A stretch of 57,190 nucleotides of DNA. It comes from an uncultured Candidatus Bathyarchaeia archaeon (GTDB lineage: Archaea; Thermoproteota; Bathyarchaeia; 40CM-2-53-6). The translations under genes were made by a program, and so were the position numbers. The notes below the pieces were generated by a model. It did not search any database, had not been told where the DNA came from, and saw only the letters and a program-made list of their open reading frames with translations. Shown piece after piece: positions 29,517 through 39,378 of this stretch; positions within the stretch are counted from its first letter, which is position 1, and each line of letters starts with the position of its first letter. The stretch is taken from contig CAZYOZ010000006.1 in the NCBI GenBank assembly GCA_964649235.1, forward strand, positions 1 through 57,190, read 5' to 3'.

Positions 29517-31145
29517 ATGGCTAAACCTGAAACAGGATCGGGTGAACTTGCTACCAAAGTTTTTGCAAGAAGAGCTACAGGGCTCATTCGTGGTCTGTCT
29601 TGGCAAGACCTATTCGCGCAGAACATGAATGGCCTGGCACCGACGGCGATGGTGGCCGCGCTCTACATCGTGGTTCCAGCGTTCTACCCTGGCGCAGACA
29701 TAGTGACCGCGTACATCCTAATCCTACCAATAGCGCTCTGCTATGCGATAAGCTACGGCATTCTCGGGGCATGTATGCCAAGGAGTGGTGGAGACTACGT
29801 TTTCGGCAGCCGAGTCATTCATCCAGTCTGGGGTCTTATGGGGAGTTTCATGTACTTCAACGCACATTTCATGCTCTTGGGTTCGCTGCCAACATTTGCC
29901 TTCAGATATTTGCTGCCCACACCACTGCTAGTCGCTTTTCCAGGTAACGTAGCCGTCGAAGGATTCATTGGCTGGATTTCAGTGAATGAGAACGTGCTTC
30001 TTCTAGGCACCATAATCATCGTTACCGGAGCGTTGATTCCAATCCTTGGTGTTCGCTACTGGAAAGTCTGGAACTGGTTCATGTTCATCCTAGGTATGGC
30101 CGGAGCAATTGCATTCCTTGCGGTCACAGGCTACTTCAGCAACGCCGACTTCATCAGAGGCTTCAACAACTTCGCTGCTCAATACGGAACAAGCTATGAA
30201 GGGATCTTTGCACTCGCAAAGGAGAACGGATGGTCGCTCACACCCTTCCTCCTTGGACCAACATTGATCGCGATGCAGTACACAACTCTCTATCTTACAA
30301 CAGCATGGCCGGTTTACATAGGCGGAGAAGCGAAGGAAGGACGACGAAGTCTACCTCTGTCCATAATCTCGTCAATCGTGGTCGCATGGGTAATCACGCT
30401 TCTGTCCCAAGTTTTCTTCTACAAGGTTTCGCCCTATGACTTCAGCAGTGCCTTAGGCTACCTAGCCTATCAGGCTCCTAGTAAGTACCCATTGCCGTAC
30501 GCTCCTGAGATGTACGTTCTAGGTAACATAGTCTTCCCGAATGCTTTCATTACCCTTCTCGTTGGATTCAGCATATTCATCTGGACTGTATCGTGGCTCT
30601 ACAACATGAACGTCCTGAATAGCAGGATGATCTTCGCATGGGCATTTGACAGGATCTTTCCAAAATGGCTCGCACAACTTCATCCAAGATTCCATACACC
30701 GGCACGCGCACTCATCGTGGTCGCGATAATCGGTGAATTGTACTTGATCTTGGCTGTGTACACAAACATACTCTATCTGATGATCAACGCCGCACTGCTT
30801 GTCAACCTAGCTTTCATTCCAGCAGGTTTCGCGTGCGCGTTCCTTCCATACCGAAGGAAAGACATCTTCGAGAAAGGGCCTGCCTGGGCACGAATGAAGA
30901 TTGGTCCAATTCCGATGGCTACGATCACAGGCCTTGTCCACGGCGTCGGATTGACCGTCCTCGCCCTGTCATTCATATTCGTCAACCCTGCAGCCACAGG
31001 CGCTCCGATCAATGCTCTCACACTAGGCTTTGTCTTGGCCATCTACCTAGGATGCTTCATAATCTACTTCGGTAGCAGATCCTATCACCTGAAGAAAGAA
31101 GGAATCGACGTGGCCTGGGCATTCCAGGAACTTCCGCCAGAATAA
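29517..31145 (+). CDS. APC-superfamily permease, triad copy 2
   Basis: 'MPRSGGDYVF' and C-terminal 'ELPPE'. The ATG at 29517 gives an N-terminus collinear with the paralogs. Confidence 0.88.
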   Translation: MAKPETGSGELATKVFARRATGLIRGLSWQDLFAQNMNGLAPTAMVAALYIVVPAFYPGADIVTAYILILPIALCYAISYGILGACMPRSGGDYVFGSRVIHPVWGLMGSFMYFNAHFMLLGSLPTFAFRYLLPTPLLVAFPGNVAVEGFIGWISVNENVLLLGTIIIVTGALIPILGVRYWKVWNWFMFILGMAGAIAFLAVTGYFSNADFIRGFNNFAAQYGTSYEGIFALAKENGWSLTPFLLGPTLIAMQYTTLYLTTAWPVYIGGEAKEGRRSLPLSIISSIVVAWVITLLSQVFFYKVSPYDFSSALGYLAYQAPSKYPLPYAPEMYVLGNIVFPNAFITLLVGFSIFIWTVSWLYNMNVLNSRMIFAWAFDRIFPKWLAQLHPRFHTPARALIVVAIIGELYLILAVYTNILYLMINAALLVNLAFIPAGFACAFLPYRRKDIFEKGPAWARMKIGPIPMATITGLVHGVGLTVLALSFIFVNPAATGAPINALTLGFVLAIYLGCFIIYFGSRSYHLKKEGIDVAWAFQELPPE

Positions 31146-31179
31146 GCACCACAGCCCGCAACTATTTCCCTCTTCCCGC

Positions 31180-31185
31180 TTTTTT
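31180..31185 (+). terminator. Oligo-T tract, candidate archaeal terminator
   Basis: A run of six T lies ~35 nt after the permease stop. Confidence 0.25.
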
Positions 31186-31247
31186 CCTCGCCTACAAGTG
31201 CAGATATTCCTTAACACATAGAATCATAACTTCGTTTTCTGCACTGG

Positions 31248-31643
31248 TTGGATATGGTAAAACGAGTGAAGATATCGTCCGGGACGACATGGGAACCCAT
31301 TGTCGGTTATTCAAGAGCTGTTAGGGCGGGAAAGTTCGTGCACGTTTCTGGAACCACTGCGACAGACCCTCAAGGCAATTTGGTGGGAGGTGCGGATGCC
31401 CGAGCGCAGACCCTGCAAGCATTGAGCAATATTCAACATGCCCTTGAGTCTGCGGGTGCCAGACTGGAGGACGTAGTCAGAACCAGAATCTATGTGACAG
31501 ACATTTCAAAGTGGAAGGAAATCGGCAGGGCACACGCTGAATTCTTCGCCAAGATAAGGCCTGCAACGACTATGGTTGAGGTCAAAAGTCTAGTCAATCC
31601 TCAGATGCTCGTAGAGATCGAAGCCGAAGCAATCCTGGATTAG
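31248..31643 (+). CDS. RidA/YjgF/RutC-family protein
   Basis: ~130 aa with 'VHVSGTTA' and a '[10 protein letters not shown]......VEIEAEA' C-terminal signature. Confidence 0.85.
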   Translation: MDMVKRVKISSGTTWEPIVGYSRAVRAGKFVHVSGTTATDPQGNLVGGADARAQTLQALSNIQHALESAGARLEDVVRTRIYVTDISKWKEIGRAHAEFFAKIRPATTMVEVKSLVNPQMLVEIEAEAILD

Positions 31644-32414
31644 CGAATCCACAGTGTCAACGACAATTCCGAAAATCGGACAGCCCTCATAAAGACTCTG
31701 GCTAGGTGACTCATACTTGCAGGGAGAGAATCCGCGGAATGGTCGAGCCTCGGTGCCAACACTGGGCCTATGATGGTTATGCTCCTGATCGGCTTTCTTT
31801 TCGGCATTGTCTGATGTCCTTGTTGTCCGGCATCTCAAATGCAGTGGATGATGTCCCGGTACTTGACTCAGAAACTCGAGGTATGAGTGATACTTAAAGA
31901 AAGAGGGAGTTAGGCGACCGCAGTCGGCCGAATGTCAGATTCAATCGTCGAACTGTGCATCATGCGAACCACACGGGGCGAGACCCGCATGTGAACGTGA
32001 GGGGCGATGCCTAAAGAACCTTACTAGACAGGTTCACTTCTTGCTTGTCTTTCGGGTCAATACAAAGATGAGGATCAGCGATATGATGGCCCAGACGATG
32101 ACGTCTGTGATTAGATTGGCGTAGTCAACTCGCCAGGGAAAATACTCGGGAGCTGTGATTACCCATATGAGCCAACTCTGGAACCTGACTTGTCATACAC
32201 TTTTGCTTATTTTTGTCACACATCCCGCATGATGGTTTAGGCCAGACATGAGGAGGCGATTTGCCGCTTCGAATGTCCCCAGCCCTAGGCGCGGTCTCGC
32301 GCCCCCTATTTTTCGGAAATCCTGCGGACTCTACCACACTCTACCAAGGTATCAATGTCTTTCTAGGGTGTGATTCTTATCCACGCACGAAGAACGTAGA
32401 GCAGTCGGTCCAAA

Positions 32415-33314
32415 GTGGATACTCCCCTTAGAAGTGCTGAACGAGCTCGAAGGAACGTGAGTAGGCGTGCGTTCTTGAGCCTAGGGGCTATCGGCGCGTA
32501 TGCCTTGCTTGATACTGTTTACGGTGGACCTTTGAGCTCGCTAGTGGGAGAACTCTATGCCCGGGCAGCAGACAGAGAGAGGATCCGGCAAGCCATATCG
32601 AAGGGACTCCCGCTAGGGGTCTATTCAGACCGGGGCACATGGAGCGAATCCGTGCAGGCCTGCCAGAAAATGCTTGAATGGATGGGTCATTCTGTCTCAC
32701 TGATAGATGCATATGATACCCGGAATGGTGGGCTTCAGAATCTTGGCATGATAGTCTTTCCGGGAGGTAACATGTACCAGTACGCCGAGGATATTTCCTC
32801 GACGGGCAGGGCCAGTATCAAGAGATTCGTTCGCAACGGCGCAGGCTACATCGGCATTTGCGGCGGGGCTTACCTTGCCAGTGAGAAGGTGATGTGGCAA
32901 GGAAGAAAGCTTCCCATGGAGCCTCTAGGAATCTTTCCAGGGACTGCTCAAGGTCCCATTGACGAGATTGTGCCCTATCCTGAGTATGGCATGTGCAAGG
33001 TGAAGATTGTTGAGGCCACTCACCCCATCACGCGTTCTGAGCTGGATCACTCGTGGATGCTCTACTATTGGGGGCCAGCATTGTTCCCAAACGCAGGTGC
33101 CAATGTAACCATCCTTGGCATGTATGACAAAGTGGACTGGCCCATGATGCTGGCATTTCACTATGGCGTTGGTAGGGTCTTCCTTATTGGCGCGCATCCG
33201 GAAATCGAAGAGGACAGTGACCGCGATGGAAATCTCTTCGCTGAGGAATTCGATGATCAGGGCTCGGATTGGGAATTGATGAGAAGAGCAGTCGCTTGGT
33301 GCCTGAAAAAATAA
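32415..33314 (+). CDS. Tat-signal protein with a class-I glutamine-amidotransferase-like (BPL_N-like) domain
   Basis: 'SRRAFLSLGAIGAYAL' twin-arginine signal and 'IVFPGGNMYQY...GAGYIGICGGAYLAS' GATase1-like nucleophile-elbow region. Confidence 0.65.
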   Translation: MDTPLRSAERARRNVSRRAFLSLGAIGAYALLDTVYGGPLSSLVGELYARAADRERIRQAISKGLPLGVYSDRGTWSESVQACQKMLEWMGHSVSLIDAYDTRNGGLQNLGMIVFPGGNMYQYAEDISSTGRASIKRFVRNGAGYIGICGGAYLASEKVMWQGRKLPMEPLGIFPGTAQGPIDEIVPYPEYGMCKVKIVEATHPITRSELDHSWMLYYWGPALFPNAGANVTILGMYDKVDWPMMLAFHYGVGRVFLIGAHPEIEEDSDRDGNLFAEEFDDQGSDWELMRRAVAWCLKK

Positions 33315-33324
33315 GATGCGTTTG

Positions 33325-34053
33325 CTATTCTTGACCTAGTGCGAAGCCTCTTCTCTGGTCGTTGAATCCTAAAGCTAAGCTGATGTATCCCCAAAGCCAT
33401 AACAGTTCTATCGGATGGCCCGAGTAGTACCACCCTTCGAGCGTTCCGAAACTGAAAGCAATATCCGCCAAGGTCGTCAGCAGCAGGCCGAGGGAGATCC
33501 ACAGCCAAGAATAACTAGTCTCGCTTCCCTCGAAGACTATGAACATCGCAATCGCCAGAGTCAAGAGAATTGCGTCAAGGCTAGGGTATGCTACGTCAAC
33601 GGTTTTGGTAAGTAGGTCAACAGATGACGTAATCAGAGGTCTCAGCAATGAAACGTAGGTCACCCCGATGATTAGCAGGCCCGTCATAACCACGAGCAAA
33701 ATCCTCAACCCTCTGAGTTCCTTTCCGAAGACGGATAGGAACTGCAAGACGCCCAGAATTGCAGGCAAGTAACCTGCCAGATAGAAAACGTCAGCCAATG
33801 ATGGGTAGGGGATGGGAATTCGGAAGGCGAGTTCATACACGGACCACACGACCTCGCCCAAGAACCACAAAAAAACAGCTGAGAATAAGCCGAACTGAAC
33901 TAGGCCGAAGGTTCCTCGCATCCCCCACTTGAGCACGACAAGGAGTGCGAACAGCGCGCAAGCACCCGAAACAATCACAAAGACTGCATCCGAGAGTGGA
34001 GCGAGCAGGTCGCTCGACGACTGGGCCACCGTGTAAAGAGCAGCTATTCCCAC
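33325..34053 (-). CDS. Polytopic membrane protein, unknown function
   Basis: 242 aa with ~7 hydrophobic spans and no recognisable motif. Confidence 0.6.
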   Translation of the reverse strand: MGIAALYTVAQSSSDLLAPLSDAVFVIVSGACALFALLVVLKWGMRGTFGLVQFGLFSAVFLWFLGEVVWSVYELAFRIPIPYPSLADVFYLAGYLPAILGVLQFLSVFGKELRGLRILLVVMTGLLIIGVTYVSLLRPLITSSVDLLTKTVDVAYPSLDAILLTLAIAMFIVFEGSETSYSWLWISLGLLLTTLADIAFSFGTLEGWYYSGHPIELLWLWGYISLALGFNDQRRGFALGQE

Positions 34054-34429
34054 TGAGGCTGCGAGAGCAGCAGCCGCATTAACGCGCAGGAAAGGTCAGC
34101 ATCGAGCCATCTGAATGTCACCTTAAGGGCTTAGTGTACTTGCACCGGTAACATCGATACTCAAGGCCGGAAGCCTTCCTGCTAAGCTGGCAATTTTGAC
34201 GCGAAAATGAACATGGGAATGAAATTTCCGGGAGAAAGGACGCTATTGGACGCCGTTTTGACGGTTGAGAGGCTCTGGCGGCCACAACGAGAACAACTAC
34301 TTTTCGAATTAGTGAGGATACTGTAGGTGATTTGAGAAGTTCACACAGCCCCAAGCTGAGACGTTTTCGGCAACGCTCTCCTATCGAAGCGCAGATTGGC
34401 TAGGTCTTTCAAATGGACGAATTTCGAGG

Positions 34430-35254
34430 CTAACGCGACACGTCCTCGACGCTATTCCACCATTCCTTGGTTTCACCAGTTCTCTGTCTTAGCTTCCACT
34501 TTAGGGTCTTGGGTTCGCGGTCGACTGTTTCTATGATTCGAGCAACTTTGTTCGAAACATCCGAGAAATCAGGTGTAGAGATCATTCCTTCGGCGAGGTA
34601 TTTCTCACCATACGACACTACGTCTCTGAGATTAGTTGTAGCATCTTTCCAGAACCCCCAATCGTCCGAGAGTACCACAGCAACATATCTCGTGTCGATT
34701 CTTTCTTGGTTGTCGGAGAGGCCCAGATTGTGGGCCCTAAGTAGGACGATCATGTCCTTCAAATCCTTCTCGCTTATCGAGTGAATCTGCAACTTCTCTA
34801 AAACAAGGTCTGTGGGTGAGATCGTGGGGTAGTCGAGCCGGAGTCGTCCCTTGGACGGGTCGGTTCCAAACGCAATGTCGTGGCTGAATTTCAAATTGTC
34901 AAAGAAAATGTCAATTTGATAGAGGTTTCCAGGATGACGGTAAAGTAGTCTTTCCTTTCCACGAAATAACAGGACGTTCTGGTCTACCGAATATCCCAGC
35001 GCGTCTTCCATTACCTCGCGCACATGGACTCTCTGCTTGCCGTATCCGATTAAGTCAATATCCGTGAAAGTTCGTCCGGCATCGCCAAGTCTCTTAAGGC
35101 TGCGTTGGAGATCAATGAAATCCTTTGAGTGCAGCGCTATAGCGAGCGCTCCAAGTAATCTGAGTACGACTCCTCGTTTCTCAGCAGTCTCAACTACTCG
35201 AAGTGCGTCGCTAACAATAGCCTGGTCGACAGAGGATTGTTCCAAGTCCAACAC
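34430..35254 (-). CDS. Nucleotidyltransferase-like protein, triad copy 3
   Basis: 'VLRLLGALAI', 'FTDIDLI', 'IDIFFD', 'LVLEKLQI', 'DWGFW' and 'KEWWNSVED'. Confidence 0.75.
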   Translation of the reverse strand: MLDLEQSSVDQAIVSDALRVVETAEKRGVVLRLLGALAIALHSKDFIDLQRSLKRLGDAGRTFTDIDLIGYGKQRVHVREVMEDALGYSVDQNVLLFRGKERLLYRHPGNLYQIDIFFDNLKFSHDIAFGTDPSKGRLRLDYPTISPTDLVLEKLQIHSISEKDLKDMIVLLRAHNLGLSDNQERIDTRYVAVVLSDDWGFWKDATTNLRDVVSYGEKYLAEGMISTPDFSDVSNKVARIIETVDREPKTLKWKLRQRTGETKEWWNSVEDVSR

Positions 35255-35274
35255 TTGGTTTTGCTCGGCGCCCC

Positions 35275-36231
35275 TTATCCTGTGGTAAATATGTAGTCCC
35301 TTATTCCCTTTTCATCAAGGTCGACTAGGAACCCTTTGAGGATCCCTTCGGTGTACTCGCTGCCTGGGTTGGCGCACAGGGTTCGCCCGATTTTTGCAAC
35401 TCCCTTCGATTCGTGTATGTGACCGTGAAGCCCAAGCAGCGGTTGGTAGGTTTCTATTGCCTTACGAACTGAAATGCTTCCGACGGGTGTCATTTCCATG
35501 CCACCACCAGGTTCAAGGACAGGCTTCAATTCCGCCGTAAGCTTCGGGGCCATGTCTATGGTAGTTCCGTACGGCGGACAATGAAAATTGAGAACGCAGT
35601 TGGAGCTGTCATTGACCTTGGAGAGCATGTCCTCAATCTTCTTGCTGAGCTCTTCCTCCGTAATGTCTCTGGGGCAATTCCAGGGGGTCATGTTCGTGTT
35701 ACCGCAGCTTGCCATTTCGTGTCTATCGTCTAAGTTGATGACCTTCCCTTCAGGGTAGATTACGTAGTCTGAGGAGTTCAGCATTGGGTCAATGTAGTAT
35801 TCGTCGTCGTTTCCTGCGGATATGAAACATTTGACCCCGGACCCTTTCAGGCGTTCTTCTGCTTGGCGGATCCACCGCTGCACCGAATCAGTCATCATTT
35901 TCTGAAATATTTGCTGCAGTCCGGCTGGGTCATTTGTCATTTCTTTAAGCCCTGCTTCGTCCGTCACATGGGCATAATATCCAACGGTTCTGACCGTTCT
36001 CATGATCGCCTTTAGCTCCTCGTCGTTCCGTGGGCGTTCTTCTTTTCCTAGGAAGTTCACGCGGTAGCTGCCGTCGTTCATTTTGACGATGGGGACGATC
36101 ATCTTCCCGGTTATGTCGCCGCCGAGGATGAGCACATTTGCCTTGTAGACTCTAGCGGCGCTTAGGAATTTACCGAAGCATCGGTCAGAGCCGTGGATGT
36201 CTGTAGCAAAGAAGATGCGGGTTCTGGGCAA
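35275..36231 (-). CDS. Metallophosphoesterase, triad copy 3
   Basis: 'FFATDIHGSD', 'GGDITGK', 'GNDD' and 'GHIHES'. Confidence 0.9.
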   Translation of the reverse strand: MPRTRIFFATDIHGSDRCFGKFLSAARVYKANVLILGGDITGKMIVPIVKMNDGSYRVNFLGKEERPRNDEELKAIMRTVRTVGYYAHVTDEAGLKEMTNDPAGLQQIFQKMMTDSVQRWIRQAEERLKGSGVKCFISAGNDDEYYIDPMLNSSDYVIYPEGKVINLDDRHEMASCGNTNMTPWNCPRDITEEELSKKIEDMLSKVNDSSNCVLNFHCPPYGTTIDMAPKLTAELKPVLEPGGGMEMTPVGSISVRKAIETYQPLLGLHGHIHESKGVAKIGRTLCANPGSEYTEGILKGFLVDLDEKGIRDYIFTTG

Positions 36232-36249
36232 GACATCTGGCCAGTTTGG

Positions 36250-37812
36250 CTATTCGGGCGGCAGCTCTTTGAATGATAGCTCTAATGGTATGCCTCTGCT
36301 CCGGTGGTAGGCCGAGGAGACGACGTATATGACAATGCCTATGACGAAGAGTCCAAGCGTGAATGTTACGATTGTGGGATTCAGTGAGCCGACGAAGGCG
36401 GGAGAGATACTTGCGTACCCCAGCCAGATCGAAATGAGAAGAGTCAGGAATCCAAGGATGGAGATTGCAGGTACAGGGCCGACCTTAGTCTTTGTGACCG
36501 ACGGTGAAACCTCGAAGATGTCTCTTCTTCTCCACGGGAAGACCATTCCGGAAATCGCCACAATTGATTGCATGATCATGTAACCAAACACTGCATACGC
36601 GAAATAGCCTAACAGCGGCGTGAAGCTCCACAAAGCCTGCAAGATTATGGCGATGATTGTCACCGCGATGAGGGCCATGTACGGAGAGTTGTGTTTGCGA
36701 TCGATCTTCGCGAGTGTTGTCGGGACCACGCGGTCGAAGGACCAAGCGAAGATGAAGCGGACTCCGATGAATATGTATGTCAGGGAGGATGACAGAGTCA
36801 TCATTGAGAAGGCAAACAATGTGAGGAAGATAGCTGCAGGGTTGCTGGTTGCGTACTGGAAAAGCACATGCAGGAATGGAGGCAACGAGAGCTGGTATGA
36901 CGGGTCGCCTGTTGCTGCAAGATAGGCCATGGCCCCAAGGAATTGACTACCCATTCCAATGTATGCTGCCTCGTACAGGAGCCATGTGATAAATCCGAAG
37001 ACTAGTATACTGCCTATTATTGCAATGAACTGCGACTTCCTGACTTCCTTTATTTCGCCAGCGTAGTAGACTGAAGCGTTGAACCCGATGAAGTTCAGGT
37101 AAGTGAAGGCTACTGCCAGGAGCGTTGCTGAGCTTGCGAATCCGGCCGGCAGGCCGGATTTCAAGGCTGTCTGGATCGCGTTGCTATAGTTCATTCCAGA
37201 GAGCGTATCGAAACTTGCAGCATACTGTGTTGGGTTCGTGCTCAAGAACGTACCGACGTATGCTATGACTCCGACCAAGATTAGGGCGAAGAAAATCCAG
37301 AATGCATAATGTGTGGCCTTCACTCCACGCGAAACTATTGCTGCACAAATCAGCCAGTACAGGACAGCCCACGCGAAAGTGAACTCGTTGGAGGACACTA
37401 AGGCCGCGGTGTCTGCTTGTCCGAAGTAGTGTAGGATTGGAGCTATTCCCCACTGGGTGAACCAAGGCATGTAGGAGCCTGCGATCGAGAGCAGTATCAG
37501 GAACAGAACGACATTGTTCATGAAGCCTAGGACTGGGTGTAGCACTCTGCTTACCCAGATGTAATCGCCCCCTGATCTGGGCATAGCAGCAGAATAGAGC
37601 GCGTAGAACAGACCGACGGTTACGGCGAGAGGAATCGAAATGAGCGCTGTGGTCGGAAGGTCAGCGCCGGGAAAGAGGGCTAACGCAAAGAAGCCATACA
37701 CGAAGATGGCAGTAGGGGCCATGAAGACAACATTATAGATCATGGCGTCCCATGCCGAGACAGCGCGAATGAGTCCTGACGCAGGTCTAGCGAATATTCT
37801 CTTCTCCTCCAT
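36250..37812 (-). CDS. APC-superfamily permease, triad copy 3
   Basis: 'MPRSGGDYIW' and C-terminal 'ELPPE'. Collinear with 1475..3040. Confidence 0.9.
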   Translation of the reverse strand: MEEKRIFARPASGLIRAVSAWDAMIYNVVFMAPTAIFVYGFFALALFPGADLPTTALISIPLAVTVGLFYALYSAAMPRSGGDYIWVSRVLHPVLGFMNNVVLFLILLSIAGSYMPWFTQWGIAPILHYFGQADTAALVSSNEFTFAWAVLYWLICAAIVSRGVKATHYAFWIFFALILVGVIAYVGTFLSTNPTQYAASFDTLSGMNYSNAIQTALKSGLPAGFASSATLLAVAFTYLNFIGFNASVYYAGEIKEVRKSQFIAIIGSILVFGFITWLLYEAAYIGMGSQFLGAMAYLAATGDPSYQLSLPPFLHVLFQYATSNPAAIFLTLFAFSMMTLSSSLTYIFIGVRFIFAWSFDRVVPTTLAKIDRKHNSPYMALIAVTIIAIILQALWSFTPLLGYFAYAVFGYMIMQSIVAISGMVFPWRRRDIFEVSPSVTKTKVGPVPAISILGFLTLLISIWLGYASISPAFVGSLNPTIVTFTLGLFVIGIVIYVVSSAYHRSRGIPLELSFKELPPE

Positions 37813-37921
37813 AACATCACCAAGACTAGCCAGTCAAAGCCTGCGTAATACAATTAAGACTTGCCGTGCATCCTTGCTTGTCGGCAAAGTTGAGCCGAAT
37901 TTCTCCACTTGGGTTCGATTA

Positions 37922-37955
37922 CTGGCTCCGGGCGGATTTGAACCCACGAGGGGCA
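37922..37955 (-). repeat. Degenerate partial copy of a tRNA T-arm/acceptor end (leftmost copy)
   Basis: The plus-strand 'ctccgggcggatttgaacccacgagg' has a T-loop complement identical to the tRNA at 47104. The stems no longer pair and there is no 5' half. Confidence 0.5.
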
Positions 37956-38036
37956 GAGGACGAACGGTTATGGCCAAGCTATGACGATGGACGATGACAG
38001 TTTGCGAATGTCACAAACGGTATTGGGATCGAATTC

Positions 38037-38435
38037 CTACCATGTTCTTATGAGACCTTCAACTTTGTCAAATGCTCTGTCTGTGGAAACGACCAACCCA
38101 TCCAGTTGTAGGGCCTCGGCCGCAATGCCCGCGTCGAAGTACTCAAGATCAGCTTCTTCCTCTAGTCTTGACACCAGATAGAAAATGGAAGGGCTTAATC
38201 TCGCGACCTTCCGATCTAGAGGAGAATAGTCCCGTAGCAGTGAAGCATACTTCTCCATTCGCTGCTCGAATGTGAAGCCTCTACTCTTCAGAGTGATATC
38301 GAATTCGAAGAGTGCGAACGCGCCCAAGTAGACTTGTGGTTCACCTATTAGCTGCAGATGCCTCTTAGCACGTTGATGGTGTCTATCCTTCGAATCCGCT
38401 GTAGCGAAGAGCACAACAGTATCTAGAACGGGCAA
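38037..38435 (-). CDS. vapC: PIN-domain toxin (VapC-like)
   Basis: Acidic residues at the expected PIN positions ('VLDTVV', 'FEFD', 'YFDAGIAAEA', 'STDRAF'). It abuts the antitoxin gene. Confidence 0.85.
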   Translation of the reverse strand: MPVLDTVVLFATADSKDRHHQRAKRHLQLIGEPQVYLGAFALFEFDITLKSRGFTFEQRMEKYASLLRDYSPLDRKVARLSPSIFYLVSRLEEEADLEYFDAGIAAEALQLDGLVVSTDRAFDKVEGLIRTW

Positions 38436-38660
38436 CTAGCTTTTCCTTCGGAATATGAAACGTGAAGCTTCATGTCGTTCTTCCTTGAACTCAAATCCTG
38501 TGAGGCTAGCAGCGAACTTGCGATCACGTGGTGCTACCAATATCACGCCGCCTTTGAAGGGAATAGCGACGAGTTTATCCCCCTTGTTGATGCCTGCGAT
38601 CTCTCGTGTCTTTTTGTCGAGAACGACTCTATACTTGTCGTCGAGTGCGACTTCGCCCAA
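38436..38660 (-). CDS. vapB: AbrB/SpoVT-fold antitoxin (VapB-like)
   Basis: 74 aa with 'YRVVLDKKTREIAGINKGDKLVAIP', a looped-hinge-helix type. Its stop is adjacent to the vapC start. Confidence 0.8.
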   Translation of the reverse strand: MGEVALDDKYRVVLDKKTREIAGINKGDKLVAIPFKGGVILVAPRDRKFAASLTGFEFKEERHEASRFIFRRKS

Positions 38661-38775
38661 GCGTCATCTAGTCAGATGTTTGATGTCCCACATATTAAAC
38701 GCATTTCCCACTATGGTAAAGAACAATCTCCATGATTGCGGACTCCTAGAAACTGTGGAGCGAGGCAAAGAGGCT

Positions 38776-38910
38776 TGGCGCCGGGGGTGGGACTTTCACC
38801 CCCTGGGTTCGCTCAAAACCCCCCAGGTTGGATTTGAACCCACGAGGCCCCAAGGGCCAACAGCTCTCTGGCCTGTTCCGCAGGTCGTTCCCGAGGTCCG
38901 CAGGCTCTCG
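38776..38910 (-). repeat. Partial tRNA copy (3' two-thirds) with a hairpin insert in the T-arm region
   Basis: On the minus strand it shares '...AGCTGTTGGCCCTTGGGGCCTCGTGGGTTCAAATCC' and 'CCCACCCCCGGCGCCA' with the tRNA at 47104. A ~38-nt insert carries a CCTGGG/CCCAGG stem. No 5' acceptor strand was found. Confidence 0.6.
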
Positions 38911-38929
38911 GTCACATGTCATTTCGGAC

Positions 38930-39378
38930 CTATTTCCTGACGATAGACTTAGCCTTCGCGTGTAGTTCCTCCGCGAACCTTAGATCTTCTTCCAACTCGG
39001 CGAGCTTAAACACCCTAGTCTGTTGGTATCCCGCCAGATGAAGCCCGGTTGCCAAGGCCAGGTATTTGTCATATTCTTGTCGTGAGATTCTTCCGCGTCT
39101 CAACAAGGTATCCCTAATCAGGAATTGAAGAGCAAGTCTCCCTGTGAACTTCTTTATCCTTCGGGGTATTCGATTTTCCTAACTCCGAAGTTGTACAGCA
39201 GGCCTTCGAGAGTCGTTTCGACGGCGCGAAAGATCTCCTCGGCTGCCGGAAAGAGCCTGTTTTCGTCAAGATTCTTTCGTGCGGATTCCATGAACTCTTC
39301 CGCTCTCCTCAGGCTCCATCTAACCAAATCTTCTCGGCTTTTCGCCATATAGGACCTCCCCCTTTGCGTGTATGTCAC
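38930..39378 (-). pseudogene. HEPN-domain gene, apparently frameshifted
   Basis: The N-terminal part is the ORF 39154..39378 ('...LRRAEEFMESARKNLDENRLFPAAEEIF...'). Another frame continues to a stop at 38930 as 'IKKFTGRLALQFLIRDTLLRRGRISRQEYDKYLALATGLHLAGYQQ...'. It lies directly downstream of an MNT gene. Confidence 0.55.

Noticed and set aside
37742-37984. Track ORFs that read through the tRNA-like repeats and yield 'GFEPTR' peptides. Others are 38455-38940, the 5' part of 46116-46586, 43313-43597 and 44163-44420.
   Set aside because: The shared 'G(F/L)EPTR' peptide is just the translation of the T-arm complement ggatttgaacccacg. These ORFs have no other coding features, and in the 46-kb case a well-supported internal start at 46335 exists.
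38776-38910. Interpreting the 38.8-kb, 43.4-kb and 44.3-kb repeats as complete tRNA genes with a T-arm intron
   Set aside because: Removing the hairpin insert restores a good T-arm and acceptor 3' strand. However, I found no complementary GCCGGGG 5' strand, D-arm or anticodon arm in the ~150 nt upstream. I keep them as repeats and list the intron and split-tRNA ideas as hypotheses only.
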